Source of the DNA: Hypanus sabinus
Taxonomy: Eukaryota
NCBI RefSeq assembly: GCF_030144855.1
Contig: NC_082722.1
Location: 27,776,001 to 27,840,000 of the forward strand
DNA: 64,000 nucleotides
Direction: 5' to 3'
The position numbers and the translations under genes are program-made. The notes under the pieces were generated by a model. That model was not told where the DNA came from, did not search any database, and was given only the letters and a program-made list of their open reading frames with translations. This document shows positions 46,400 to 58,929 of this stretch, in pieces (position 1 is the first letter of the stretch; every line of letters starts with the position of its first letter).

Positions 46400-47890
46400 A
46401 TGGCGCCCAGCGACAAGGGCAGTAGAACGACATCAAGTAAGTCCGCACAGGCAAGAGCCAAGGCAGAAGCCGCCAAGGTGCGACTGCATTACGCCAAACA
46501 AGAAGCAGTTTTGAAAATGAAACTGGCCACCAGAGAAGCCGAAATCCAGAAAGAAAGGGCCGCCAGAGAAGCCGAAAGGGCCGCCAGACAAAGAGAAGAG
46601 GCCGCCAGAGAAGCCGAAACCCAGTTGGAAATGACAAAAATATCGACAGAGTTGCATGTGCTGCAGCTAGAAGGAGAAGGAGAAGCTGCCAGGGTGGAAG
46701 CAAAGTACATAGAACAAGCTGAAGGGTCGCGTGATCTGACCGAAGTAAGATCTACTTTAGAAAGGACCAGACTGGAACGCACAAGCGACTATGTACAATA
46801 TCAAATAGACAGGCAGGCTCGTCTCCCCTCTCCATACGTATTCGATAACTTCCCCAGCTACGAGGAACCTCAGAGAGTCACGATTGCATCACATCCATAC
46901 GAGGAAGGAAATTTACCCTCACGGCTCCGTGATGAAGTCAAGAATGAAAGAACCGACAACGCTCCTTCACCCCCACAACAGGACGGCGGGGAGGGAGAGG
47001 TTCACTCCAGGACAACAATTGTCAGCTCGAACTGTACAGAAGTTTGCGGTCAAACTCAGTCAAGCCGTTCTTGTTCCGAGATCTGCCTCACTGAGGTGTA
47101 CCCTAAAGAAGCACAACAAGACATTACCAAGCGTAAAGTAACCGACGAGACGCTAGGTCAGTCAGTTTTCGTTCAAACCGAGCACGGAAACAAACTTGCA
47201 CAATCAGCTCAAGATACCATTTCTTTAAAACCCAAAGACACCAAGATCTTCAGAGATGAAGCAAATAATGGGGTTGCCTCATTGCCTATCAGAGAACCAC
47301 GCCAGCGCTCACCAGATAACAAAGAGCAGGCAGTCAAACGGTTCACGTCCTTACGGAAAACCCGGAAAAGGAAACCTGAGATGCAGCAACACACCCGATT
47401 GGCCCACGAGGTACTGTGCACCCTAATGGCAGAGGTCACAGCCATTATAAACGCACAATCATTCCTACCTGTGTCTTCTGACCCAGAAAACCCCTTTATA
47501 CTTTCGCCATCAACGCTCCTTACGCAGAAGGCAGGAGCACCTCCTCCACCAGGAGACTTTTCAGACAAGGATTTGTACACAAAGCAATGGAGACAAGTCC
47601 AGGCTCTGGCAAATCAGTTGTGGCCTCGCTGGAGACAAAAATATCTACCTTTGTTGCAACAGAGACAAAAGTGGACAGAACCCCGAAGGAATCTTCAAGT
47701 TGAAGACTTAGTCCTGCTCAGGGACAAGCAAGCCACCCGCAACAGCTGGCCAATGGCCAGAATCACTGCTACATTCCCTAGCGGGGATGGACATGTCAGG
47801 AAGATCGAATTGAAGACTACCGACCAAGGCGATGTGAAAATTTACCAAGGGCCAGTTACAGAAGTTATTCTACTTCTACCCAATGACTGA
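46400..47890 (+). CDS. 496-aa fused BEL ORF: Gag N-terminal coiled coil + short pol remnants + DUF5641-type C-terminus
   Basis: Coiled-coil AREAE repeats; CTEVCG...RSCSEICL; LPIREPRQRSPDNKEQAVKRF; LMAEVTAIIN...W-x-x-Y...LQQRQKW...WPMARI...DGHVR. No RT, RNase H or integrase core. A TGA at ~46382 cuts off the upstream ATG. Confidence 0.8.
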   Translation: MAPSDKGSRTTSSKSAQARAKAEAAKVRLHYAKQEAVLKMKLATREAEIQKERAAREAERAARQREEAAREAETQLEMTKISTELHVLQLEGEGEAARVEAKYIEQAEGSRDLTEVRSTLERTRLERTSDYVQYQIDRQARLPSPYVFDNFPSYEEPQRVTIASHPYEEGNLPSRLRDEVKNERTDNAPSPPQQDGGEGEVHSRTTIVSSNCTEVCGQTQSSRSCSEICLTEVYPKEAQQDITKRKVTDETLGQSVFVQTEHGNKLAQSAQDTISLKPKDTKIFRDEANNGVASLPIREPRQRSPDNKEQAVKRFTSLRKTRKRKPEMQQHTRLAHEVLCTLMAEVTAIINAQSFLPVSSDPENPFILSPSTLLTQKAGAPPPPGDFSDKDLYTKQWRQVQALANQLWPRWRQKYLPLLQQRQKWTEPRRNLQVEDLVLLRDKQATRNSWPMARITATFPSGDGHVRKIELKTTDQGDVKIYQGPVTEVILLLPND

Positions 47891-48699
47891 TTAAGAGACT
47901 AAGTTTTGTACTCTGCTCATTGTGACCTTACGAAGGTCAAGCGGGGAGTGTGCTGTCTTTACGACAGTTATTTAGTTTATAATATTTTCGCTTAGTAATT
48001 CATTCAATAGTATTTTCTAGTTAGAATTAGAAGTGTTTAAAGTGTATTCATTACATGTAAAATATATCGGCATGCGATGACGTCACATCCGGTTTCGCCG
48101 CGTCTTGTGGGAAAACACCGGTTTGAAATTAGCGCGAGGGTGGGGGCTTTCCACGAGGCTCACCTGAGCAGAAGTAGTTTTGCAGGCATGAGAAATCACA
48201 GTGAGAGCAACGCTGTAAGTTAATAGATAATCGATATATTGAACTAAGATGTTAATGCTGATCCTGTTAGAGGTAACGACGGTAGATAATGTTTATGCTT
48301 TCGTTAGTTAAAGAGTCGCGGATAGTTTGCATGGAAGTGTATTTAAAGTAGTCAATGGAGCAGGTAAACTCTCCCTGTATACTGCACCTTAGTGTAATGT
48401 AGTTATAGTCACCTTTGCAAGTATTTACACTTGAAATGTGATATTAAGGAAGGAACAAATACTGTATCAATCTTGTATTGTTTTATCAACAGTTTTCACC
48501 ATATGTTAATGTGAAGAGTGAACAGTAAATGGTTAATCTTACTGCGATCTGGTTCTTATTAACTGTGGTTTATCCGGACGTTAAATTCGGCGTTTCATTA
48601 CACCCGAAGGAGAACGTTACAGACAGAAACGTTCATGCTTCTTTAGGACAAGACAGGCTCTTGCTGATCAAATTCTATATGAATCAAAAAAGGGAAATC

Positions 48700-48870
48700 T
48701 TGAAGAACGCTGATAAAACTTTGTGTAAAGCGGTAGCAATCTAAAATTGATTACCGCTGAATACATCACTAGTTTATTTTACAATCGTTTGAATTAATTA
48801 GCCACAGGATGTTCGATTTTTAAATTCCTTCCACAATCTAAAACATGGAGCTGACAAACGGACTTCCAAC
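48700..48870 (+). pseudogene. Third, truncated copy of the gene A-type tail exon and upstream intron
   Basis: gaatacatcactag...cacaatctaaaacatggagctgacaaacggactt aligns with 27790-27945; acceptor mutated (cacaa); sequence breaks off before the Tyr codon. Confidence 0.6.
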
Positions 48871-50319
48871 CCACAGGGAATCCGATAAATAGGGGTATTG
48901 AATTCAGTTGTAAAGTTTCATGGTGATGTACTGTGTAACCGAAGTAAAATAGCAGCGAATAAAGTTAGTACCTCTTGAGGCAAAATTTAATTCTTCGGTC
49001 GCGTTCGGCTGAGAAGATAACATTTGACTATTCTGTCTGCTACGTCAATACAGGAACAGTGATATATTTACAAAATTGAATGCATAGTGTCATGCAGGAT
49101 GTAGGGCAATGGATTCCCACTGGCCCGCGTTGAAATGTTATTCAAAGTTTCAGGTTTTATCGACATTGCCAAAGTGGTTTGACGCTGCATTAAACTTTGT
49201 GAATGGAACACAAGGAAGATTGCTTTGTTTATTCATTGGGTTCCGTTTTCTGCAAGATCCCTTATTTAATCCAACGAAAATGTTGCATCCGTCTCTGGAC
49301 GAGTACTTTATCCAAGTGTCGATATGGAAACGGTATTTTTTTCCGGAGGAGAAAATTCGCGCCTATAGTGATCACAATGTACAGTTTTTGTACATCAACA
49401 TTCAACCTTGAAATGATTCAAAGCTCTTTGTAAGTTTCAAGTCAATGGTAATACGCAAAATTTTGACAGCGGGAGACGGGGAGACAGCAAGGAGAAAATT
49501 ACAGAAGTTTGTGGACGCAGTTCAGTTGATTAGGAAACCAGCCTCCTCTCCATGTGGCCTGTATACACTTGCCCCCACTGTTCTCATTAAGCTGTGCGAA
49601 TATGCAGCTGCGCAGTAATTGAAGTGTTCCTGCACACATAGTCTTTGCTGTCACGCAGCGGAATTTTATTTTAGATAATGTTAATCTAATTTTGAAATTA
49701 TGCTAATATGATTATGAAATCTTTGTTAATGCATTTGTGAAATAGCATCTGATTCGGTGCTCATGAATATAAACAATATTTTTTCTGCATAATGAACCTA
49801 CGACAACTTTAATGTAAAACACTTCAGAGCTTCAACGTTCTTACATTGTCAGTACTGCAAGTTGCAACACTGGTACAAATTGTCACAGCAAACTCAGAAT
49901 GGAAGCCGGTAGCTCATTTTTAATAAACTGCCAGCCCGTGTATAATCCTCTTACAGCCGGGGTCAAAAATCACTGCTCCGAGCGATGGTTGGTCCACATT
50001 GCTGCATAATTAAAGGGGCATTGCTTCCTACCTCCGAGGGAAAGCAACCAGGCTGAACAAAGTTCTCAGCCCGAAAATGCAGCAGTTAATTCCTCTCCAT
50101 TAATACTGTCAGACCTGCTAAGTTCCTGCAAGATATTGTGTTTATTACTCAGGATTTCAGCATCTCCAGAATCTTTTGTGTTTATGATTTTCTAGGCTGT
50201 TGTCACAGACAGGAAATGTAGAGTATACGGAAGCGTTGCTTTACAGAGGGACATTAGGCTGTACATGGATAGTCTCCTGAATAGACGAAACATCAGGATA
50301 TCAGATAGGAGGGCCTTTA

Positions 50320-50735
50320 GCCTACTTGCTCTCTTGAATGTGTATTGACGAGCGTTGGGACGTCATGTTGCAGCTGTAGCTATTGACTAGCCGCACTTGA
50401 GGCGTTGCGTGCTCTTCTGGACATGACAAGATAGAATGCACGTAGTAGAGTTAGAAAGATTGCTGTAGAAACACACCGGGACATTACATTGAAGGGAAGA
50501 CTGGATTGGCATGGAGAGATTGTATAGAAATGTGTTGTTCACTGTGGAATACAGCGGACTGGAGGATAGCATGAGATTTGGATAAACATTGCTACAGTCA
50601 TTAATATAGTGGATACTCAGTCAATTTCCCAAGCCTGGGGATCTAAAGCTAGAGGACATCGTTCTGAATTGGGAGAAACAATATTTAAAGGAGTACTCTG
50701 CATGGCAGGGTTTTCACACAGAGGAGGTTAGATTT
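50320..50735 (+). mobile_element. Old CR1 3' fragment
   Basis: Degenerate LVRPHLE-x-CV...RGH-x-x-K remnants. Confidence 0.55.
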
Positions 50736-50739
50736 ATAC

Positions 50740-53700
50740 AACATATTTCCGGGGATAAAGTCTCTTTTGGAAGAAGGCAGCGAGGCTTTGAGAGGAAGTG
50801 CTGCGGCGGCCATTTTCAAATTGCTTCTCCGATCGGATTTCTGAGAGGCGGGACTGCGCAGGCGCGCGAAGGAGGCCTGGGAAGAAGGGAAGATATAAAA
50901 AGAACGCAGCCTTAAGCAACGGGCAGCTTCGTTTGCGGGCAGCGGAGTGAGCCGGGAGCAGAGTGTAGGGCTTAGGCGGAAGAGGGCACAGTAGGCTTAT
51001 CTTTTAGTTCTCCTTGTTATTTTCAGTTATTCGGGAAGTATGAGTGTGAGGGCAGCTTGTTGTTCTCGGTGTCGGATGTGGGAGATCCTGGAGTCTCCGA
51101 GCCTCCCGGACGTCCACATCTGCGCCAGGTGCGCCGAACTGCAGCTCCTGAGGGACCGAGTTAGGGAACTGGCGCTGCAGCTCGATGACCTTCGCCTGGT
51201 CAGGGAGAGTGAGGAGGTGGTAGAGAGGAGTTACAGGCAGGTGGTCACTCCGGGGCCACGGGAGGCAGATAGGTGGGTCACGGTCAGGAAGGGGAAGAGG
51301 CAGGTACTAGAGAGTACCCCAGTGCCTGTACCCCTTGACAATAAGTACTCATGTATGAGTACTGTTGAGGGGAACAGCCTACCTGGAGGAAGTGACAGTG
51401 GCCGGGCCTCCGGCACTGAGAACGGCGCGGTAGCTCAGAAGAGTAAGGATAGAAGAAAGACGACCATAGTAATAGGGGACTCGATAGTCAGGGCTTCAGA
51501 CAGGCGGTTCTGTGGAGGTGATCGGGAGTCCCAGATGGTAGATTGCCTCCCTGGTGCCAGGGTTCGGGACGTTTCTGATTGCATCCAAGATATCCTGAAG
51601 TGGGAGAGTGAGGAGCCAGAGGTCGTGGTACATGTAGGACCAATGACATAGGTAGGAAAGGGGAAGAAGTCCTGAAACGAGAGTATAGGGAGTTAGGAAG
51701 GCAGTTAAGAAGAAGGACGCAAAGGTAGTAATCTCGGGATTACTGCCTGTGCCACGCGACAGTGAGAGTAGGAATGAAATTAGGTGGAGGATGAATACGT
51801 GGCTGAGGGATTGTAGCAGGGGACAGGGTTTCAAGTTTCTGGATCATTGGGACCTCTTCTGGGGCAGGCGTGACCTGTTCAAGAAGGACGGGTTACACTT
51901 AAATCCTGGGGGGACAAATATCCTAGCGGGGAGGTTTGCTAGGGCTACAGGGCAGACTTTAAACTAGTAAGATGGGGGGGTGGGAATCAATTTGAGGAAA
52001 CTATGGGAGAGGAGGTTAGTTCACCAGTAGAGCAAGTAAGTTGACAGTGTGTGAGGGAGGAAAGGCAAGTGATGGAGAAGGGATGCGCTCAGCCCGAAGA
52101 TGTGGGGGAGAAGAAAGAAAAGGATAATAAATTTGAATGCATTGTTAGAGATGAAAAGAGAGGAGGAGGTGGAGAGTATCTTAAATATATCTATTTTAAT
52201 GCTAGGAGCATTGTAAGAAAGGTGGATGAGCTTAAAGCATGGATTGATACCTGGAATTATGATGTTGTAGCTATTAGTGAAACATGGTTGCAGGAAGGAT
52301 GTGATTGGCAACTAGATATTCCTGGATTTAGTTGCTTCTGGTGTGATAGAGTAGAGTGGGCCAGAGGAGGAGGTGTTGCATTGCTTGTCCGAGAAAATCT
52401 TATGGCGGTGCTTTGGAAGGATAGATTAGAGAGCTCCTCTAGGGAGGCTATTTGGGTGGAATTGAGGAATGGGAAAGGTGTCGTAACACTGATAGGAGTG
52501 TATTATAGGCCACCTAATGGGGAGCGTGAGTTGGAAGAGCAAATGTGTAAGGAGATAGCAGATATTTGTAGTCAACACAAGGTGGTGATTGTGGGAGATT
52601 TTAACTTTCCACACGTAGATTGGGAAGCTCTTTCTGTAAAAGGGCTGGATGGTTTAGAGTTTGTGAAATGTGTGCAGGGTAGTTTTTTGCAACCATACAT
52701 AGAAGTACCGACTAGAGATGGGGCAGTGTTGGATCTCCTGTTAGGGAATGCGATAGGTCAGCTGACAGATGTATGTGTTGGGGAGCACTTCCGGTCCAGT
52801 GATCACAATAGCATTAGCTTCAATATAATTATGGAGAAGGACAGGACTAGTCCTAGAGTTGAGTATTTTGATTGGAGAAAGGCTAACTTTGAGGAGATGC
52901 GAAGGGATTTAGAGAGAGTGGATTGGGTCAAGTTGTTTTATGGGAAGGACGTAATAGAGAAATGGATGTCATTTAAGGGTGAAATTATGAGGGTACAGAA
53001 TCTTTATGTTCCTGTTAGGTTGAAAGAAAGGTTAAAGGTTTGAAAGTACTATGGTTTTCAAGGGATATTAGAAACTTGGTTCGGAAAAAGAGGGATGTCT
53101 GCAATAGATATAGGCAGCATGGAGTAAAGGAATTGCCCGAGGAAATATAAAGAATGTAAAAGGAATCTTAAGAAAGAGATTAGAAAAGCTAAAAGAAAAT
53201 ACGAGGTTGGTTTGGTAAATAAAGTGAAAGTAAATCCGAAAGGTTGCTACAGTTATATTAAAAGCAAGAGGATTGTGAGGGATAAAATTGGTCCCTTAGA
53301 GAATCAGGGTGGTCAGCTATGTGTGGAGCCGAGGGAGATGGGGGAGATTTTGAACGATTTCTTCTCTTCGGTATTCACTAAGGAGAAGGATATTGAATTG
53401 TGTAAGGTGTGGGAAACAAGTAAGGAAGTTATGGAACCTATGACAATTAAAGAGGTGGAGGTACTGGCGCTTTTAAGAAATTTAAAAGAGGGTAAATCTC
53501 CAGGTCCTGACAGGATATTCCCCAGGACCTTGAGGAAAGATTGTGTAGAGATAGCAGGAGCTCTGATGGAGATCTTTCAGATGTCATTAGAAACGGTGAT
53601 TGTGCCGGAGGATTGGCGTATTGCTCATGTGGTTCCATTGTTTCAAAAGGGTTCTAGAAGTAAGCCTAGCAATTACAGACCTGTCAGTTTGACATCAGTG

Positions 53701-55065
53701 GTGGGTAAATTAATGGAAAGTATTCTTAGAGATAGTATTAATAATTATCTGGATAGTCAGGATCTGGTTAGGAGTAGCCAGCATGGATTTGTGCGTGGAA
53801 GGTCATGTTCGACAAACCTTACTGAATTTTTTGAAGAAGTTTCGAGGAATGTTGACGAGGGTAAGGCAGTGGATGTAGTCTATATGGACTTCAGCAAAGA
53901 CTTTGACAAAGTTCCACATGGAAGGTTAGTTAAGAGGGTTCAGTCGTTAGGTATTAATGCTGGAGTAATAAAATGGATTCAACAGTGGCTGGATGAGAGA
54001 TGCCAGAGAGTAGTGATGAATAATTGTTTATTGGGATGGAGGCCAGTGACTAGCGGGGTGCCTCAGGGATCTGTTTTGGGCCCAATGTTGTTTGTAATAT
54101 ACATAAATGATCTGGATGATGGGGTGGTACATTGGATTAGTAAGTATGCCGATGATACTAAGGTAGGAGGTGTTGTGGATAATGAGGTGGGTTTTCAAAG
54201 CTTGCAGGGAGATTTATGCCGATTAGAAGAATGGGCTGAATGTTGGCAGATGGAGTTTAATGCTGAGAAGTGTGAGGTTCGACATTTTGGCAGGAATAAT
54301 CCAAATAGAACATACAGGGTAAATGGTAGGGCATTGAGGAATGCAGTGGAACGGAGAATCTAGGAATAACAGTGCATAGTTCGCTGAAGGTGGAGTCTCA
54401 TGTAGATAGGGTGGTGAAGAACTCTTTTGGAACGCTGGCCTTTATAAATCAGAACATTGAGTACAGAAGTTGGGATGTAATGTTAAAATTGTACAAGGCA
54501 TTGGTAAGGCCAAATTTGGAATATTGTGTACAGTTCTGGTCACCGAATTATAGGAAAGCTATCAATAAATTAGAGAGAGTGCAGAGAAGATTTACTAGGA
54601 TGTTGCCTGGGTTTCAGCACTTAAGTTACAGAGAAAGGTTGAACAAGTTAGGTCTCTATTCATTGGAGCATAGCAGGTTGAGGGTGGATTTGATCGATGT
54701 ATTTAAAATTTTGATAGGGATGGATAGAGTTGACGTGAATAGGCTGTTTCCATTGAGAGTAGGGGAAATTCAAACGAGAGGACATGATTTGAGAGTTAGG
54801 GGGCAAAAGTTTAAGGGAAACACGAGGGGGTATTTCTTTACTCAGAGAGTGATAGCTGTGTGGAATGAGCTTCCTGTAGAGGTAGTAGAGGTCAGTTCAG
54901 TTGTGTCACTTAAGGTAAAATTGGATAGGTATATGGACAGGAAAGGAGTGGAGGGTTATGGACTGAGTGCGGGTAGGTGGGACTAGGTGAGATTAAGAGT
55001 TCGGCACGGACTAGGAGGGCCGAGATGGCCTGTTTCCGTGTTGTGATTGTTATATGGTTATATGG
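50740..55065 (+). mobile_element. Full-length CR1 LINE (5' UTR, ORF1, ORF2, 3' tail), inactivated
   Basis: GC-rich 5' UTR with GCGGCCATTTT (YY1-like, ~50806); ORF1 from 51040 (CCSRC...CARC, leucine zipper, IGDS SGNH esterase); ORF2 ~52170-54986 (FNARS, ETWL, YRPP, GDFN, SDH; YADD RT) broken by several frameshifts; (ttatatgg)n tail. Confidence 0.95.
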
Positions 55066-55779
55066 ACAAACGAAGGGAAAATAACAGTTGCATAAATATT
55101 TCGTTCCGAATGGTCGAGACGGGCCTCTTCTGTGCTACACACCATGATTCAAGTTCCTCTTTTAGCTAAAGATCTGCAACAAAGTTTTCAGGCAGGTCAA
55201 CAGGAAGTTACAAATAGCAGAAAACAGAACTGCACGAACGAGCCTAATGATATCATGGAAAGCCTTTGTGGGTAAAGTTTGCATGTAGCTCGGAACATCG
55301 ATTTGCTGACTCGTTTATTTTTATGCTCGACGCTTAGGTTACAGACAGTGGCTGAAAGTTAAAATGTGACTTCGAACCCACTTCCTCGCAACAAAAAGTT
55401 TCTCATGTTGTCCTGCAAGGTCCGGTTTCGATTCTGCGGCTTGAGCAGTCTGCAAAGAGAAAAATGTGAGGCGTCATCACAACATCAAATAAAATACAAT
55501 TCTAACGTTTTATTCTTTGACTATATCAATTGCAGAAATAGCTATACTTCACAGTAGTACAGAAAAACTCATAACAATATTAATGTCAAGAGAAACATTT
55601 TGTTTACACAGCGGTCAAAGCGTGAGGTGGCATCAATGGGGAGGAAGAACAGTTGACTTTTCGCGCCGAGAACCTTGACTAGCCTGTCAGGAGCGAACAC
55701 ATAGAGAAGGATTGAGAATTATTTTCATCAGAATCAGAACATAATGGAATCTAGTCGGAATTTAGTCAATGTTTTTCCA

Positions 55780-56380
55780 CATAGAAATCTTACAGCACAT
55801 TACAGGCCCTTCGGCCTACAAAGTTGTTCCGAACATCTCCCTACCTCAGAAATTACTAGGCTTACCTATAGCCTTCTATTTTACTGAGCTTCATGAGCCT
55901 ATCTAAAAGCCTCTTAAAAGACCCTATCGTATCGGCCTCCACCACCGTTGCTGGCAGCCCATTCCACGCGCTCACCACTCTCTGAGTAAAAAAATTACCC
56001 CTCACTTCTCCTCTGTACCTGCTCCCCAGCGCCTTAAACCTGTGTCCTTTTGTGGCAACCATTTCAATCCTGGGAAAAAGCCTCTGACTTTCCACATGAT
56101 CAATGCCTCTCATCTTCTTGCACACCTCTTTCAGGTCACTTCTCATCCTCCTTTGCTCCAAGGAGAAAAGGCCGAGTTCACTCAACCTATTCTCATAAGG
56201 TATGCTTCCCAATCCAGGCAACATCCTTGTAAATCTCCTCTGTACCCTTTGTATGGCTAACACATTCATCCTGTAGTGAAGCAACCAGAACTGAGCACAG
56301 TACTCCAAGTGGGGTCTGACCGGGGACCTGTATAGCTGCAATATTAGCTCTTCAGCTCCTGAATTCAATTCTATTACTGA
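55780..56380 (-). mobile_element. CR1 3' fragment, antisense
   Basis: ORF 55862-56368 with VRPHLEYCAQFW...GHRFK...FFTQRVV. Confidence 0.9.
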
Positions 56381-56639
56381 TGTCTGAAGTTACCCTTAAA
56401 AACAGAAGTGGCCTTCCTGTGAAGAAAGTTTTTTATTTTTGTGATGAACTACAACACCGAAGTAGATTCTGGACTGATTTTCCTCTGCAAATGACTATGA
56501 ACTGTTTTCAAACTTGTACTGACATGAGCAGATCCCTTTGTGAAGACAGTATTGAGTTTTCCATCAAAAAAGTAAATCTAAATGGAAGGAAAATGTTCCT
56601 TTCAGGCCAAGACAATAAGGCATAAGAGATACAATTTAT

Positions 56640-57355
56640 CACCGCCATTCAGGGCCCCAAACAGTCCCTCCTGATGAGGTAACACTTTCATTTCCGAATA
56701 TTTTATGTTTCTCTACTCTGTGCAGTACTTCCGACGTGGCCTCCTCTACGTTGGTGCGACCCAATATAAATTGGCGGACCGCTTTTTCAAGCATCTCCAC
56801 TGCATCCACTAAAAGTGGAAATTCCAGTAGTTAGTCATTGCCCTTCCTATCCTCATTCTCATCGCGATATTTTGGTCCTCGGTTTGTTCTTCTGTCACCA
56901 TGAGGCTACTCTTAGGGTGGAGGATTATCGCCTCTGGTTCAGTCTAGGTAGCCCTAACCTGATGGCATGAAGATCGATTTCTGCTTTCATTATTTTTTCA
57001 CTCTTCCTTCTGTATTCTTCTCTTCCACACTCTGGCCTCCTAACTCTTCTCTACACCAGCTTATCTCCTTTCCTTGGTGCCCTTCCTCCTTCCCTTTCTC
57101 CCATGGTCTACTTTCCTATCCAGCAAATTCCTTCTTCTACAGTATTTTTCCTTTTCTATCTATCACCTCCCAGATTCTTATTTCATCGCCTCTCCCCCAC
57201 TCACCTAGCTTTACCCATGACCTTCTAGTTAGACCTTCATCCACACTCCCACGTTTATATCTGTCATCTTCCCTCTTCCATTCCAATGCTGATAAAGTGT
57301 CTTGGCCCGAAACATCGGCTGTTTATTCTCTTCCATAAAAGCTTCTTTCCCGACT
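56640..57355 (+). mobile_element. Degenerate Penelope-like 3' fragment
   Basis: cagggccccaaacagtcc...ggcctcctctacgttgg (GLLY-x-G remnant of GIY-YIG) and pyrimidine-rich tail like 19090-19400. Confidence 0.7.
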
Positions 57356-57375
57356 AAGTTCATTTATAATGTTGT

Positions 57376-57527
57376 TTATGTTGTTCTGCATTGCCTGCAA
57401 CTCTGCAAAATCTCTTCTGGTAGTGAAGTGAATACTCTTTTAAGAGCATCTGAAGAAAATGTTTGACATAGGCGGAAATTGAGAATACTGGAAACTAAAG
57501 TTAACGTGTTGGATCGGACTGAGATAG
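57376..57527 (-). CDS. Candidate alternative terminal exon of gene B
   Basis: Strong acceptor ccttcttcccttctcttctctccag|; the phase-1 frame is open to a stop (ISVRSNTLTLVSSILNF...CRTT*); no Tyr motif. Confidence 0.3.
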
Positions 57528-57639
57528 CTGGAGAGAAGAGAAGGGAAGAAGGAGCATACAGTAATAAGTAATGCTGGGTTCTCTTTGGTCTTAGACCCAA
57601 TTTTCAAAGTTTTGAATGAAGAAATACAAGACCATAACC

Positions 57640-58450
57640 TCATTGTTCCTTTGTGTCACTTCTGTAGAGCCTGTGTCCATCTCCCGAGTAAATTCAGATG
57701 CAAAGAATCCATTTACGATCTCCCCATTCTCTTTTGGCTCCACGCATAGATTATCATTCTGATCTCCCAGTGGACCAATTTTGTCCCTCGTAATCCTTTT
57801 GCTCTCAACATATGTTAACATACCAATCCAACAGTTTTTCACACATTGCTACCGAACCCAGCTCTACATTCTGGTACATTCAACTTGTAGTAATCTCGTA
57901 TTTGCTGAAAAACTTTCCCTAGACCCATTTTAAATATTTTCCATCACACTTTGAATATAGGTATTTTTATTTTCGATAAATCTATCCTGGGTAAAAGACT
58001 GCAACATAAGTCTGCTTGCTCCCCTCGTAGCTTTATATTCCTATATAAGGTCATCGCTCAACCAATTGTACTCAAGAAAGAAAAATCCCAGACTCTCCCT
58101 GCAGCTAAAATCTTGCTGTCCTGAAAACATATTCGTGAGTCCTTTTTGCCGTGTGTTAAGGACCGTCATGAATTTTCTATAGCTGGGCGATCAGTAATAC
58201 ACAGAATACTCCTAGTGTTTCACCAACGTATATTATAACTGGACATCCCAGACCCTGCACTCATTGCCCCAATTGTTGCGTCAAGAGTGACAAACACCTT
58301 CTTTATCTTTCTTTCCACCTCCATCGCCACTTGCCCTCGGTCACTGTGCTCTACTTCAATCACCAGGGCCAATTTACTGTTTAATTCCAACTTTATTTTA
58401 ACCAAACAAAATGCAACATTTTGCCATTATCCAAGTTAAATTCTAACTGA
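57640..58450 (-). mobile_element. Antisense CR1 fragments
   Basis: ORF 57591-57842 (SKRITRDKIGPL...LCVEP...ILN-x-FFAS) plus RT C-terminal remnants. Confidence 0.7.
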
Positions 58451-58671
58451 ACTTGAGGGACCACTTTCCCAGTTCATTGTCTCGGTGAGCTTTTGATTTC
58501 TATTGTATCAGCAATTTCGTTGCTTCCCCGAAGTTATTAATTATGGCAACAATATTATCCTCTTAAGTGTTCCAAAACTAGGTGACAAAGAGTACCGAAA
58601 CCTGAACTGCCCTCTTCAGTATATCAGCAATTGCAGGCCTTCATTCTCCACTATCTCCTTCTGATGTTATA

Positions 58672-58832
58672 CTAAACCAATTCGGTGCTCTCGTATTCAG
58701 TCGGCTGGTTAACCTTGGTTCCCATGTCATCTGGCTTTCTCGTCATCTTTTTCCTTCCGCAGTTATTTCCTTTTTCCTCCTTTCCCCAACAGTTTCCGCA
58801 GGGACAACTGTCCCCTTTGTACTCCTCGGGCA
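58672..58832 (-). CDS. Gene B: candidate cytoplasmic/terminal exon
   Basis: ctgtag|(V)PEEYKGDSCPCGNCWGKEEKGNNCGRKKMTRKPDDMGTKVNQPTEYESTELV*; phase-compatible with the TM exon; homologous to 44172-44290 of gene C. Confidence 0.45.
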
Positions 58833-58929
58833 CTACAGACCATTGAAGCAGCGTTGTGCGGCTTAGTTTGTCACCAATTCTCATGCAGTCACAGAGATAT
58901 CCATGCTTAGGTCGTAATTGATCATAATA

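Larger units (their letters stand above)
45557..48621 (+). mobile_element. Very young, internally deleted BEL/Pao LTR retrotransposon
   Basis: 673-bp LTRs at 45557-46229 and 47949-48621 (TG...CA, two substitutions seen), 5-bp TSD GACAG (45552-45556, 48622-48626), PPT aagcggggag before the 3' LTR. Confidence 0.95.

Noticed and set aside
5084-56260. Numerous 60-175 aa ORFs antisense to or overlapping CR1, Rex1 and BEL copies
   Set aside because: Off-frame or antisense by-products of LINE/LTR coding sequence.
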